Assembly (NCBI RefSeq): GCF_001457615.1
Contig: NZ_LN831024.1
Coordinates: 4,980,001 to 5,012,000 of the forward strand
DNA from: Pseudomonas aeruginosa
Lineage (GTDB): Bacteria; Pseudomonadota; Gammaproteobacteria; Pseudomonadales; Pseudomonadaceae
DNA: 32,000 bases
Direction: 5' to 3'
The number at the start of each line of letters is the position of its first letter. Within the stretch, counting starts at the first letter, position 1. The translations under genes were made by a program, and so were the position numbers. Positions 1 to 12,906 of this stretch are shown piece by piece. The notes beneath the pieces were generated by a model. The model was given only the letters and a program-made list of their open reading frames with translations, made no database searches and was not told the origin of the DNA.

Positions 1-1249
1 ACAGCTGGCGGCTGTCGGCTCCCGGGATCGGCTCTTCGCCGGCCGGATAGACCTCCATCAACAGCAGCACGTTGGCTTCGCCCAGCACCTGCACGAAGTC
101 TTCGTACAGGTCGCGGGTACGGGTATAGCGATGCGGCTGGTAGACCATCACCAGGCGACGCTCCGGCCAACCGCCACGGATCGCCTTGATCACCGCGGCG
201 ACTTCGCGCGGATGGTGGCCGTAGTCGTCCACCAGCATCACGCTGCCACCCTCGACCTGCAGCTCGCCGTAGACCTGGAAGCGCCGGCCTACGCCCTGGA
301 AGCCGGACAGCCCCTGGACGATGGCTTCGTCGGAGATGCCCTCGTCGGTAGCGATGACGATGGTCGCCAGGGAATTCAGCACGTTGTGCAGGCCGGGCAT
401 GTTCACCGAGACGTCCAGCGGCTCGCGCTCCGGGCGCAACACGGTGAACCAGGTGCGCATGCCTTCCTGGCGGATGTTGATCGCGCGCACGTCGGCGTCT
501 TCGCTGAGGCCGTAGGTCACGGTCGGACGGGCGATCTGCGGGAGGATCTCACGCACAACCGGATCATCCACGCACATCACCGCCAGTCCGTAGAACGGCA
601 GGTTGTGGAGGAACTCGACGAAGGTCTTCTTCAGCTTGTTGAAGTCGCCGCCGTAGGTCGCCATGTGGTCGGCGTCGATATTGGTGACCACCGCGACCAT
701 CGGTTGCAGGTGCAGGAAGCTGGCGTCGCTCTCGTCGGCCTCGGCCACCAGGTAGCGGCTGGCGCCAAGCTGGGCGTTGGTCCCGGCGGCGTTCAGCCGG
801 CCGCCGATGACGAAGGTCGGGTCCAGGCCGCCGGCGGCGAACACCGAGGCGATCAGGCTGGTAGTGGTGGTCTTGCCGTGGGTGCCGGCTACCGCGATGC
901 CGTGCCGGTAGCGCATCAGCTCGGCGAGCATCTCCGCACGCGGCACCACCGGAATCCGCCGTTCCAGGGCCGATGCCACTTCCGGGTTGGCCCGGTTGAT
1001 GGCACTGGACACCACCAGCACGTCGGCGCCGTCGGCGTTTTCCGCCTGGTGGCCGATGAAGATCTGCGCGCCGAACTTCTCCAGGCGCTCGGTCACCGCC
1101 GAGGCCTTGAGGTCCGAGCCGGATACCTCGTAGCCGAGGTTCAGCAGCACTTCGGCGATCCCGCACATACCGGCGCCGCCGATGCCGACGAAATGGATGC
1201 GGCGGATACGGCGCATGGTCCGGGTGACGCCATTCGGTTCTTTAACCAC
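1..1249 (-). CDS. murC: UDP-N-acetylmuramate--L-alanine ligase MurC. The 3' end is truncated by the window edge.
   Basis: There is no ORF-track entry because the frame runs off position 1. My minus-strand translation from 1249 reads [47 protein letters not shown] ... GTHGKTTTT ... [10 protein letters not shown] ... PGADSRQL, a typical Mur ligase. The GTG start at 1249 follows a GGAGG SD (1256-1260) and overlaps the murG stop by 8 nt. An in-frame ATG at 1216 is the alternative start. Confidence 0.93.
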   Translation of the reverse strand, partial: MVKEPNGVTRTMRRIRRIHFVGIGGAGMCGIAEVLLNLGYEVSGSDLKASAVTERLEKFGAQIFIGHQAENADGADVLVVSSAINRANPEVASALERRIPVVPRAEMLAELMRYRHGIAVAGTHGKTTTTSLIASVFAAGGLDPTFVIGGRLNAAGTNAQLGASRYLVAEADESDASFLHLQPMVAVVTNIDADHMATYGGDFNKLKKTFVEFLHNLPFYGLAVMCVDDPVVREILPQIARPTVTYGLSEDADVRAINIRQEGMRTWFTVLRPEREPLDVSVNMPGLHNVLNSLATIVIATDEGISDEAIVQGLSGFQGVGRRFQVYGELQVEGGSVMLVDDYGHHPREVAAVIKAIRGGWPERRLVMVYQPHRYTRTRDLYEDFVQVLGEANVLLLMEVYPAGEEPIPGADSRQL

Positions 1250-2315
1250 GGGCCACCTCCAGGCAGGCATCGACCACCGTCCGGGTAGCCTCGGGTTTCG
1301 CCAGGCTGCGTGCCTGGTCTGCCATGGAGCGCAGGGTTTCGGGATGCATCAGGACCTCGGACAGCTGCGCGGCCAGTTCGGCCGCGCCGGTAGACTTTTG
1401 CGGCAGCAGGCGGCCGGCGCCGCTGCGTACCAGGAATTCGGCATTGCGGGTCTGGTGATCGTCGATCGCGTGAGGCAACGGCACCAGGAAGGCGGGCAAT
1501 CCCGCCGCCGTCAGCTCGCTGACGGTCAGCGCGCCGGCGCGACAGATCACCAGGTCGGCCCAGGCATAGGCCGCGGCCATGTCGCTGATGAAGGGCGCGA
1601 CGTCCGCTTCGACCGCCACTGTGCGATAACGCTCGGCGGTAATCTCGGCATGCTGACGACCGGCCTGATGGCGGATTGCCGGACGGATTTCCAGCGGCAC
1701 CTGCGCCAGGGCCTCTGGCAACAGCTTGTTCAGCGGTTCCGCGCCAAGGCTGCCGCCGAGCACCAGCAGATTGACCCGACGGCCGGTCAGCGGCGCGCGG
1801 GCGTGCGCGTCGAGGAACAGCTCGCCGCGCACCGGATTGCCGGTGGTCAGACGCTTGTCACTGGCCGGGAAGGTATCCGGGAATGCCTCGCAGACGCGCC
1901 TGGCGATCGGCGCCAGGCTGCGGTTGGCGGTGCCGGCCACGGCGTTCTGCTCGTGGATCACCAGCGGCACGCCGTTGAGGCGCGCAGCCAGGCCGCCCGG
2001 GCCGGTGACATAGCCACCCAGGCCGAGCACGCAGACCGGCCTCAGCTGGCGGATCACCCGCAGCGCCTGGAACAGCGACTTGAGCAGTTCCAGCGGCGCC
2101 TTGACCAGCGACTTCAGGCCCTTGCCGCGCAGCCCGCTGACCTGAATCAGGTGCAACGGCAGGCCGGCCTTGGGTACCAGGTCATTCTCGATGCCGCGCG
2201 GCGTCCCCAGCCAGTGCACGGCATAGCCGCGCGCCTGGAACTCCCGCGCACAGGCGAGCGCCGGGAACACGTGTCCGCCGGTGCCACCCGCCATGATCAG
2301 GACATTACCTTTCAT
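1242..2315 (-). CDS. murG: Lipid II-forming UDP-GlcNAc transferase MurG.
   Basis: This is ORF 1242..2408, trimmed to the ATG at 2315 ([21 protein letters not shown], the G-loop typical of MurG), giving 357 aa. It sits in the expected dcw position between ftsW and murC. Confidence 0.95.
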   Translation of the reverse strand: MKGNVLIMAGGTGGHVFPALACAREFQARGYAVHWLGTPRGIENDLVPKAGLPLHLIQVSGLRGKGLKSLVKAPLELLKSLFQALRVIRQLRPVCVLGLGGYVTGPGGLAARLNGVPLVIHEQNAVAGTANRSLAPIARRVCEAFPDTFPASDKRLTTGNPVRGELFLDAHARAPLTGRRVNLLVLGGSLGAEPLNKLLPEALAQVPLEIRPAIRHQAGRQHAEITAERYRTVAVEADVAPFISDMAAAYAWADLVICRAGALTVSELTAAGLPAFLVPLPHAIDDHQTRNAEFLVRSGAGRLLPQKSTGAAELAAQLSEVLMHPETLRSMADQARSLAKPEATRTVVDACLEVARG

Positions 2316-3504
2316 CGGCAAAGTCCTCTTCGTTGAACTCATATTCCTCGCTACCCAGGTGGGTTCGCCGTTCCCATTCGATGCGCAGCAACATCCCCAG
2401 ACAGGCACAGCAGATCACCAGCGAACTGCCGCCGTAGCTGAGGAACGGCAGGGTCAGGCCCTTGGTCGGCAGCAGGCCGACGTTCACCCCGATGTTGATC
2501 AGGAACTGGCCGATCCAGAGGAAGGCCAGGCCGTAGGCCACGTAGGCGGAGAAGAACTGCTTGGCCTGCTCGGCCCAGATGCCGATGTACAGCGCGCGCA
2601 GGCTGACGAACACGAACAGGGCGACGGTCGCCAGGGCGCCGACGATGCCCAGCTCCTCTGCAAGCACGGCGAAGACGAAGTCGGTGTGCGCCTCCGGCAG
2701 GTAGAACTGCTTCTGGATGCTGTTGCCCAGTCCCATCCCCAACCAGCCGCCGCGGCCGAAGGCGATCAGCGCCTGGCTCAACTGATAGCCGGCGCCGAAC
2801 TGGTCGGCCCAGGGGTCGGTGAAGTTGGTCAGGCGTGCCATCCGGTAGGGCTGGGTCTGGATCAGCAGGACCACCGCGCCGACCGCCAGCAGCACCATCA
2901 GGCCGAAGCGGAACAGCCCCACCCCGCCGAGGAACAGCATGGCCGCGGCAGCGCCCATCATTACCACGGTGGCGCCGAAGTCCGGCTCGCGCAGCAGCAG
3001 GCCGGCCATCGGCAGCAACACCACGAAGGGCTTGAAGAAGCCCATCCAGCTTTCCCGGACCTCCTGCTGGCGGCGGATCAGGTAGCCGGCCATGAAGATC
3101 ACCACGCAGACCTTGGCGATCTCCGAAGGCTGGATGTTGAACAGGCCGAAGCCGATCCAGCGCATCGAGCCGTTCACCTCGCGGCCGATACCGGGGGTGA
3201 TCACCAGCACCAGCAGGCCGAAGGCGACCAGCAACAGCTTCCAGCCCCAGCGCTGCCAGGTGGCCATCGGGACCATCATGGTCAGGCCGCAGGAAATCAG
3301 GCCGATCACCAGGTAGATCAGGTGACGGACGGAGAAGTACAGCGGGTTGCCCGACTGCGCCGCCGCCACCTCGGAAGAGGCGGAAGTCACCATCACCAGG
3401 CCGAGGCCGAGCAGCGCCAGGCAACCCGCCAGCAGCGGGAAGTCCAGGTCGATGCCGTGCCGGCTCAACAGCGGCGACGGGAAGGGGCGCAACACCGACA
3501 GCAT
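2305..3504 (-). CDS. ftsW: SEDS-family peptidoglycan glycosyltransferase / lipid II flippase FtsW.
   Basis: ORF 2305..3507 encodes a polytopic membrane protein in the dcw position. The track start at 3507 is a GTG. The ATG at 3504 shares one nt with the murD TGA (TGATG). Confidence 0.93.
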   Translation of the reverse strand: MLSVLRPFPSPLLSRHGIDLDFPLLAGCLALLGLGLVMVTSASSEVAAAQSGNPLYFSVRHLIYLVIGLISCGLTMMVPMATWQRWGWKLLLVAFGLLVLVITPGIGREVNGSMRWIGFGLFNIQPSEIAKVCVVIFMAGYLIRRQQEVRESWMGFFKPFVVLLPMAGLLLREPDFGATVVMMGAAAAMLFLGGVGLFRFGLMVLLAVGAVVLLIQTQPYRMARLTNFTDPWADQFGAGYQLSQALIAFGRGGWLGMGLGNSIQKQFYLPEAHTDFVFAVLAEELGIVGALATVALFVFVSLRALYIGIWAEQAKQFFSAYVAYGLAFLWIGQFLINIGVNVGLLPTKGLTLPFLSYGGSSLVICCACLGMLLRIEWERRTHLGSEEYEFNEEDFADER

Positions 3505-4850
3505 CACGCTAGCTCCTCTACGGCTTTGGCGAACAGGCGTCCGCGTTCTTCGAAGTTCTTGAACATGTCCAGGCTCGCGCAGGCCGGCGACAACAGCACC
3601 GCATCGCCTTCGCGGGCCAGCTCGGCGGCCTGCCGGACTGCTTCGTCCAGCGTTGCGACGCGCACCAGCGGTACCGCGTTGCCCAGTGCCTGGGCAATCA
3701 GCCCGGCGTCACGGCCAAGCAGTACCACCGCCCGGCAGAAGCGCGCGACCGGCTCGCGCAGGTCATGGAAATCGGCGCCCTTGCCGTCTCCGCCGGCGAG
3801 CAGCACCAGCTTGCCGTCGATGTCGGCACCCAGCCCCTCGATCGCCGCCAGGGCGGCGCCGACGTTGGTGGCCTTGGAATCGTCGTAGTAGCTCACGCCC
3901 TGCCGCTCGCGTACCCACTGGCAGCGATGAGCCAGGCCGGAAAACGCCTTCAGCGCGCCGAGCATGGCGTCGAACGGCAGGCCGACCGCATGGCCCAGCG
4001 CCAGCGCGGCGAGCGCGTTGGAATAGTTGTGGGCGCCACGGATCTTCAGTTCGCCAACCGGCAGCAGCTTGTCGAACTGGAACGCCAGCCACTTCTGGCC
4101 GTCTTCCTCGATCAGGCCGAAAGCCTTGAAGTCCGGCTTGTTCAGGCCGAACGACCAGCACGGCACGGTATCGGCGATCAGCGGTCGGGTCAGGGCATCG
4201 GCGCGATTCACCACGACCTGGCGGGCACCGCGGAAGATCCGGTGCTTGGCCAGGTGGTAGTCAGCCATGCCGTCGTAGCGATCCATATGGTCTTCGCTGA
4301 CGTTCAGCACGGTCGCCACCTCGGCGTTGAGGCGATCGCAGGTTTCCAGCTGGAAGCTCGACAGCTCCAACACGTACAGCTCGATGTCGTCGGCCAGCAG
4401 GTCGAGCGCCGGGGTGCCGAGGTTGCCGCCGACGGCGACACGCTTGTCCGCGGCCACCGCCATTTCGCCCACCAGGGTGGTCACGGTGCTCTTCGCGTTG
4501 GAACCGGTGATGGCGACGATCGGGGCCTTCGCCTCGCGGGCGAAGAGATCGATGTCACCGGAGATGCGCACGCCTTTCGCGGCGGCCTGTACCAGCGCGG
4601 GGGTGCGCAGCGACAAGCCGGGGCTGACGTAGAGTTCGCGGGCGGAGCAGAGGAACTCGGCGTCGAGTTCGCCGCAACGCACTTCCACCTGCGGATACTG
4701 GGCACGCAGGGTGGCCAGCTCCGGCGGGTTCTCTCGGGTATCGACCACGGCGAAAGGCAAGCCGCGGCGCGCCAGGTAGCGCACCAGGGACATGCCGCTC
4801 TTGCCGAGGCCGACAACGATGCGGAAGTGGTCGGAGGCGATCAGGCTCAT
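3504..4850 (-). CDS. murD: UDP-N-acetylmuramoylalanine--D-glutamate ligase MurD.
   Basis: ORF 3504..4850 is 448 aa. It has an N-terminal GLGKSG Rossmann-like motif and the ITGSNAKST ATP-binding motif. Confidence 0.95.
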   Translation of the reverse strand: MSLIASDHFRIVVGLGKSGMSLVRYLARRGLPFAVVDTRENPPELATLRAQYPQVEVRCGELDAEFLCSARELYVSPGLSLRTPALVQAAAKGVRISGDIDLFAREAKAPIVAITGSNAKSTVTTLVGEMAVAADKRVAVGGNLGTPALDLLADDIELYVLELSSFQLETCDRLNAEVATVLNVSEDHMDRYDGMADYHLAKHRIFRGARQVVVNRADALTRPLIADTVPCWSFGLNKPDFKAFGLIEEDGQKWLAFQFDKLLPVGELKIRGAHNYSNALAALALGHAVGLPFDAMLGALKAFSGLAHRCQWVRERQGVSYYDDSKATNVGAALAAIEGLGADIDGKLVLLAGGDGKGADFHDLREPVARFCRAVVLLGRDAGLIAQALGNAVPLVRVATLDEAVRQAAELAREGDAVLLSPACASLDMFKNFEERGRLFAKAVEELA

Positions 4851-4863
4851 GCTCTCTTCGTCC

Positions 4864-5946
4864 TCAACGCAGCTTCAAGGTGGCGAGGCCGATCAGCACC
4901 AGGATCACGGTGATGATCCAGAAGCGCACGATCACGCGCGGCTCCGGCCAGCCTTTCAGTTCGAAATGGTGATGGATCGGCGCCATGCGGAAGACGCGGC
5001 GTCCGGTCAGCTTGAAGGAAGCGACCTGGATCATCACCGAGAGGGTTTCCATGACGAACACCCCACCCATGATGAACAGCACGATTTCCTGGCGCACGAT
5101 CACCGCGATGGTGCCCAGCGCGGCGCCCAGCGCCAACGCGCCGACGTCGCCCATGAAGACCTGCGCCGGATAGGTGTTGAACCAGAGGAAGCCGAGGCCG
5201 GCGCCGACCAGCGCGGCGCAGAACACGATCAGCTCGCCGGCGCCCGGTACGTTGGGAATCAACAGGTACTCGGCGAACTTCACGTTGCCCGACAGGTAGC
5301 AGAAGATGCCCAGCGCGCCGGCAACCATTACCGTCGGCATGATCGCCAGGCCGTCGAGACCGTCGGTGAGGTTCACTGCATTGCTCGAACCGACGATGAC
5401 GAAGTAAGTCAGGACCACGAAGAAGATGCCCAACTGGATCTCGACGCTCTTCAGCATCGGCACGATCAGGGTGGTCTCGATCGGGGTTTCGGCAGTCATG
5501 TAGAGGAACACGGCGGCGCCGATGCCGAACACCGACTGCCAGAAGTACTTCCAGCGGCTCGGCAGGCCACGGGAGTTCTTCTCGATCACCTTGCGGTAGT
5601 CGTCCACCCAGCCGATGGCACCGAACAGCAGGGTAACGACCAGCACTACCCACACGTAGCGGTTGGAAAGATCCGCCCACAGCAGCGTGCTGATGGCTAT
5701 GGCGGTAAGGATCAGGGCGCCGCCCATGGTCGGGGTGCCCTTCTTCGACAGGTGCGACTGCGGACCGTCGTTGCGCACGGCCTGGCCGATCTGGCGGATC
5801 TGCAAGGTACGGATCATCCAGGGCCCCAGCCACAGCGACAGCGACAGCGCGGTGAGCACGCTGAGAATGCCGCGCAGGGTCAGGTACTGGAAGACGCCGA
5901 AGCCCTTGTAGAACTGTTGCAGGTATTCGGCCAGCAGCAGGAGCAT
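4864..5946 (-). CDS. mraY: Phospho-N-acetylmuramoyl-pentapeptide transferase MraY.
   Basis: This is ORF 4864..5973, trimmed to the ATG at 5946 ([16 protein letters not shown]...), giving 360 aa. It carries the [13 protein letters not shown] motif. The start shares one nt with the murF TAA (TAATG). Confidence 0.95.
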
Positions 5947-7322
5947 TAGTGACTCTCCTCGGAGGAACCGCACAGCGCCGCGACGACTTTGTCCATCGCC
6001 GCACTGCGGGAACCCTTGATCAAAATGGTGGTTGTCGGTTGTTCGGTGGCCAGCGCCCCGATCAGGCTGGCCTGGTCGGCGAAGTGCCGGCCCGTGGCGC
6101 CGAACGCCTGTACGGCGTGGGCCATCAGCGGTCCGACCGCATAGAGCGCGGACACCTTGCCAGCGGCGTAGGCGCCCACCTCGCGGTGGGCCTGCTCGGC
6201 CCAGGAACCGAGTTCGCCCATGTCTCCGAGGACCAGGACGGTGCGCCCGGAAAAGCCGCTCAGTATATCAATCGCCGCCAGCATTGACGCGGGGTTGGCG
6301 TTGTAGCTGTCGTCTATCACACGCAGCCCGCTGGCGGTCAGTTGCGCTACCGCGCGGCCCTTGACCGGCTGCAGCGCCTGCAGCCCGGCGACGATCCCAT
6401 CCAGCGGCACGCCCAGTGCATGGGCGGCAGCGGCGGCAGCCAGGGCATTGGCGACATTGTGCCGCCCCAGCAGGTTGAGCTGGACCTGCGCTTCACCCGC
6501 TACGCCCTGCAGCCTGAAGCCCATGCAGCCACGCGCATCGCGCTGCAGATCGGCGGCGCGGAAATCGGCCTGGGGCCGGTCGAGGGAGAAAGTCAGCAAC
6601 GGACGGCCGCTGGCACGGGCCTTCCAGGTGTCGAAGGCCTTGTCGTCCAGGTTCAGCACGGCGGTGCCGTCGGCGGCCAGCCCTTCGAGTATCTCGCCCT
6701 TCGCCTCGACGATCTTCTCCGGTCCGCCGAACTCGCCGACATGGGCGGTTCCGGCATTGGTGATGATCGCCACGTGCGGGCGGGTCAGCTCAACCGTGTA
6801 GGCGATCTCGCCGATGCGCGAGGCGCCCAGTTCGATCACTGCGCTACGGTGCTGCGGCGCCAGTTGCAGCAGGGTCAGCGGTACGCCGAGGTCGTTGTTC
6901 AGATTGCCACGGGTAGCCAGCACCGACTCGGCATCGCCGGCCTGGGTACGCAGGATGCTGGCGAGCATCTCCTTGACCGTGGTCTTGCCGCTGGAGCCCG
7001 TCATGGCCGCCAGCGGGCCGGTGAACTTGCGCCGGTTCAGCGCGCCCAGTCGCCCCAGGGCCGCACGGGTATCGCGCACCAGCAATTGCGGCAGGGGCGC
7101 GTCGGCGACTTCGCGCTCCACCAGCACAGCCACCGCGCCCTTGGCGGCAACCTCGGCGAGATAGTCGTGGCCGTCGAAACGCGGCCCACTCAGGGCAATG
7201 AACAGTTGGCCGGGCCCGATGGCGCGACTGTCGGTGGAAACCGCCGAAAAGACGGCGTCCTCGCCGATCAGGCGGGCGTCCAGCGCGACCGTCAACTGGC
7301 TGAGGCGAAGAGGCTCAAGCAT
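5946..7322 (-). CDS. murF: UDP-MurNAc-tripeptide--D-Ala-D-Ala ligase MurF.
   Basis: This is ORF 5946..7442, trimmed to the ATG at 7322 ([20 protein letters not shown]...), giving 458 aa. It carries the GSSGKTT P-loop. The start overlaps the murE 3' end by 8 nt. Confidence 0.94.
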
Positions 7323-8777
7323 GCGGCACCTCCCAGGCGGCCAGGGCGCGCTCGGCCTGCTCGATGTCGGAGAACGGATGGCGTACGCCGTCGATCTCCT
7401 GATAATCCTCGTGACCCTTGCCAGCCAGGAGCACCACGTCATCCACCGCAGCGGAAGCGATCAGATGGGCGATCGCCTCACCGCGCGACGGCAGGAAGGT
7501 AACCTTGTCAGCGGCAGCGAAGCCTTTGCGGATATCGGCGATGATCGCCGCACTGGCCTCGGTGCGCGGGTTGTCGTCGGTGACCAGCACCCCATCCGCC
7601 AGGCGTTCGGCGATCGCAGCCATCAGCGGACGCTTGCCGGCATCGCGATCGCCACCGCAGCCGAACAGGCACAGCAGGCGCGCGGCCGCGTGCGGACGCA
7701 GGGCCTCCAGGACTTTTTCCAGGGCGTCGGGAGTATGCGCGTAGTCCACCACCACCAGCGGCTTGTCGCCGCCTCCCAGGCGCTGCATGCGGCCGACCGG
7801 CCCCTGCAGTTGCGGCAAGGTGCGGAGGATATCGCCCAGGGGATAACCCAGGCCAAGCAACGCACCGACCGCCGCCAGCAGGTTGCTCAGGTTGAAGCGG
7901 CCGAGCAACGGGCTGCGCAGCAGGCCCTCGCCGTGCGGAGTGACCAGCGCCGCCTCGATGCCGGCATCGCCGAAGCGCGCTTCGCGGCAATAGAGGAACG
8001 CCGAGCTGTCGGTGAGGCTGTAGGTGATCAGCTCCGAGTCCTGCTCCTCGCCGGCCAGTCGACGGCCGAAATCGTCGTCCAGGTTGATCACCCGGCAGCG
8101 CAGGCCCGGCCAGGCGAACAGCTTGGCCTTGGCGGCGGCATAAGCTTCCATCGAACCGTGATAGTCGAGGTGGTCGCGGGACAGATTGGTGAACACCGCG
8201 ATATCGAAACCGAGCGCCGCCACGCGGCCCTGGTCGAGGCCGTGGGAAGACACTTCCATCGCTACCGCGCGGGCGCCGGCCTGCTTCAGCGTGGCCAGCG
8301 TGGCCTGCACCGCGAGCGGGTCCGGCGTGGTGTGCCGGCCGCTCTCCAGGGCGCCGTAGAAACCGGTGCCGAGGGTGCCGACGATGCCGCAGCGCTCGCC
8401 GAGCAGATCCAGGGCCTGGGCCACCAGTTGGCTGACGCTGGTCTTGCCGTTGGTGCCGGTGACGCCGATCAGGTCCAGCCCGCGGCTCGGCTCGCCGTAG
8501 AAACGCCCGGCGACCGCCGACAGTTGCGCGGCCAGCCCCTTCACCGCGATCAGCGGCGCATCGCTGGGCGGCAACTCTCCGGCGCCTTCCGCCTCGTAAG
8601 CCACGGCAGCCGCGCCCTTGGCCAGGGCATCGGCGATGTGCGCACGACCATCCTGGCGCCCGCCCGGCACCGCCAGGAACAGGTCGCCCGGACGAACGCC
8701 GCGGCTATCCAGGGTCAGCTCGCGGATCAGCAGATCGCGCTCGGCCTGGGGAAACAGTTGGTTCAGGCTCATAGGCA

Positions 8778-8778
<1 letters not shown>
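7315..8778 (-). CDS. murE: UDP-MurNAc-L-Ala-D-Glu--meso-DAP ligase MurE.
   Basis: ORF 7315..8778 is 487 aa with the GTNGKTS P-loop and a DNPR motif near the C-terminus. The start shares one nt with the ftsI TGA. Confidence 0.95.
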
Positions 8779-10803
<2,025 letters not shown>

Positions 10804-10807
<4 letters not shown>

Positions 10808-11744
10808 CTCAGCTTCTCCGCCACGCGCATGACCGCGCTGCGCGAGCGCGGGTTGGCCTTGAGTTCTTCTTCCGAAGCGTACTGCGGCTTGCCCAGCAGC
10901 TTCAGGCGCGGCTCGAAGACCTTGGAACGGATCGGCAGGTCGCGCGGCAGGTTGTCCGCCTCGCCCTTGGCGTGCTTGCGCATGAACAGCTTGACGATGC
11001 GGTCTTCCAGGGAATGGAAACTGATCACCACCAGCCGGCCGCCGACGGCCAGCGATTCGAGCGCGGCGTCAAGGCCACGCTCGAGATCGCCCAGCTCATT
11101 GTTCACATGGATGCGCAGGCCCTGGAATGCGCGGGTCGCCGGATTCTTGCCCTTCTCCCAGGCGGGGTTGGCAACCGTGATCACTTCGGCGAGATCGGCA
11201 GTTCGTTCGAACGGCCGCTCCTGACGGCGCTGCACGATGGCGCGGGCCATCCGCTTGGCGAAGCGTTCTTCGCCATATTCCTTGAAGACCCGGGCGATTT
11301 CCTCTTCGGTGGCGTTGGCGATGAACTCCGCTGCGCTGATGCCCTGGCCGGGATTCATGCGCATGTCCAGCGGACCATCGTTGAGGAAGCTGAAGCCGCG
11401 CTCGGGATCGTCGAGTTGCGGCGACGACACGCCAAGGTCGAGCAGGACGCCATCGACCCGCCCTTCGAGACCGCGTGCGCGCACCTCATCGCCCAGTTCG
11501 GCGAACGAGCGCTGCACAATGACGAAGCGGCCGTCTTCGGCCGCCAATGCTTTTCCTGTCTGGATGGCCTGGGGATCTTTGTCGAATCCGAGCAGGCGTC
11601 CCCGGCGCCCAGTTTCTCGAGCAAGGCTCGACTATGGCCCCCTCTTCCGAAGGTACCGTCCAGATAGCAGCCGTCCTCCCGCGGGGCCAGTGCGGAAACG
11701 GCCTCCTCGAGCAGAACGGTGATATGGCGGTAGGTGGCATTCAT
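10804..11744 (-). pseudogene. rsmH: 16S rRNA m4C1402 methyltransferase RsmH (MraW), interrupted by a 1-nt frameshift as sequenced.
   Basis: The gene is split between two track ORFs. ORF 11355..11750 holds the N-terminus, [16 protein letters not shown]...[20 protein letters not shown], followed by out-of-frame sequence. ORF 10804..11547 holds the C-terminal part, ...[14 protein letters not shown]...[10 protein letters not shown].... The ATG at 11744 to the stop at 10804 spans 941 nt, which is 3n+2. The family motif [13 protein letters not shown] is readable only after shifting frame at the C4 run at 11600-11603. Confidence 0.9.
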
Positions 11745-11746
11745 AG

Positions 11747-12202
11747 TCAAAGGATCAGGTCGCGTAGTTCGTCCGGCAGCCCACCGGGTTGTTTGATTGC
11801 CGCCAGGTCGGCTTCAGCCATGGCGTTCCAGGCATCCTCATCCCACAACTGAAACTTGTTCAGTTGCCCCACCAGCATCGCCCGCTTGTCCAGCTTGGCG
11901 TACTCGCGCAGGCGCGGCGGAATCAGGAAACGCCCGTTTCCGTCCAGTTCCAGATCGACGGCATTACCGATCAGCAGCCGCTGCAGGCGCCGCGTTTCTT
12001 CTCGCAAAGAAGGCAGCTCGCGCAGCTTGGCTTCGATCAGTTCCCATTCGGGCAAGGGGTAAACGGTGAGGCAGGGGTCGACTGCGTCGATAGTGACGAT
12101 GAGCTGGCCGGCACAACGCGAAACGAGCTCGTCACGATACCGACTCGGCATCGCGAGGCGCCCTTTGGCGTCGAGACTTATGGCATTAGCTCCGCGAAAC
12201 AC
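11747..12202 (-). CDS. mraZ: Transcriptional regulator MraZ.
   Basis: This is ORF 11747..12238, trimmed to the GTG at 12202 ([24 protein letters not shown], the canonical MraZ N-terminus), giving 151 aa. The start of the track ORF at 12238 is a TTG and is the alternative start. Confidence 0.9.
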   Translation of the reverse strand: MFRGANAISLDAKGRLAMPSRYRDELVSRCAGQLIVTIDAVDPCLTVYPLPEWELIEAKLRELPSLREETRRLQRLLIGNAVDLELDGNGRFLIPPRLREYAKLDKRAMLVGQLNKFQLWDEDAWNAMAEADLAAIKQPGGLPDELRDLIL

Positions 12203-12243
12203 GTCAGCGCTTCCCCTGTGGTTGGCTTTCCATGCCAATTGAT

Positions 12244-12270
12244 CCCACTTTTACCCACTTCATACCACTT
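12244..12270 (-). promoter_or_regulatory. Putative MraZ operator: three direct repeats at 10-bp spacing.
   Basis: The plus strand reads CCCACTT at 12244-12250, CCCACTT at 12254-12260 and ACCACTT at 12264-12270. On the gene strand these are AAGTGGG / AAGTGGG / AAGTGGT. They lie between the predicted -10 element and the mraZ start. This resembles the GTGGG-type direct-repeat MraZ boxes described for E. coli and other bacteria. Confidence 0.6.
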
Positions 12271-12276
12271 CTGCAC

Positions 12277-12306
12277 ACTATAGAAATCCACACTCCCCAC
12301 CGTCAA
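12277..12306 (-). promoter_or_regulatory. Candidate sigma70 promoter of the dcw operon (Pmra).
   Basis: On the minus strand there is TTGACG (12306-12301), an 18-nt spacer, then TATAGT (12282-12277). It lies about 75 nt upstream of the mraZ GTG. Confidence 0.5.
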
Positions 12307-12513
12307 GGCGCGTCAGAAGTGAAAAATCCTTACAGGACGGAGATTTAGCGTGCTTTTGGAAGGTTGCGGAGCGCTTTTAGAAGTAAAAGAGATGACAAAA
12401 CACAATAAGTCCAAAGTCTTAGCCTTCGAACTTAAAGTGATTTATCAAGAGTTGCGGCTTTTCGCTTTTGCGACGGACGGATAAAACCGGGAAAAAGCGA
12501 AGAGAGTGGGAAG

Positions 12514-12868
12514 AAGTGGGAGAGTCGATCTATAAGCCGGGTTCTGTCGAGGACAGCCATTCCTCTGGGACGCACATCACTGTACGCCTCAAGCGACCTA
12601 CCCGAATCCAACGCGGGCCGCGCCAATGGATTCCTATTTGGTCTTGCTCCGAGTGGGGTTTACCTAGCCACGCACTGTTGCCAGCCGTGCGGTGCGCTCT
12701 TACCGCACCTTTTCACCCTTACCGGCGCTGTTGCGCTTAGGCGGTTATTTTCTGTGGCACTTTCCGTAGGCTCGCGCCTCCCAGGCGTTACCTGGCACTC
12801 TGCCCTATGGAGCCCGGACTTTCCTCCACCGCGCTATTGCGCGACAGCGACTGTCCAATCGACTCTCC
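12514..12868 (-). ncRNA. rnpB: RNase P RNA, bacterial type A (M1 RNA).
   Basis: The minus strand contains the universal core GGAGGAAAGUCCGGGCUCCAUAGGGCAG (about 12806-12833), followed by GUGCCAGGUAACGCCUGGG, GGUAAGGGUGAAAAGGUGCGGUAAGAGCGCACC and ACAGAACCCGGCUUAU. The P1 helix pairs GGAGAGUCGAU (5', about 12868) with AUCGACUCUCC (3', about 12520). The ends are approximate, within about 5 nt. Confidence 0.92.
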
Positions 12869-12875
12869 GCCGACA

Positions 12876-12904
12876 AGGTTAGCGGGAGCAGGCGCGAAGA
12901 ACAA
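12876..12904 (-). promoter_or_regulatory. Candidate rnpB promoter.
   Basis: On the minus strand there is TTGTTC (12904-12899), a 17-nt spacer, then TAACCT (12881-12876). The predicted RNA 5' end follows 7-8 nt downstream. The element sits immediately after the rsmI stop. Confidence 0.35.
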
Positions 12905-12906
12905 GC

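Noticed and set aside
11590-11610. The rsmH frame change might be a programmed ribosomal frameshift.
   Set aside because: I see no slippery heptamer (the sequence is GCC GGG GAC) and no downstream stimulatory structure. No such mechanism is known for RsmH. A simple 1-nt indel in a short homopolymer is the parsimonious reading.
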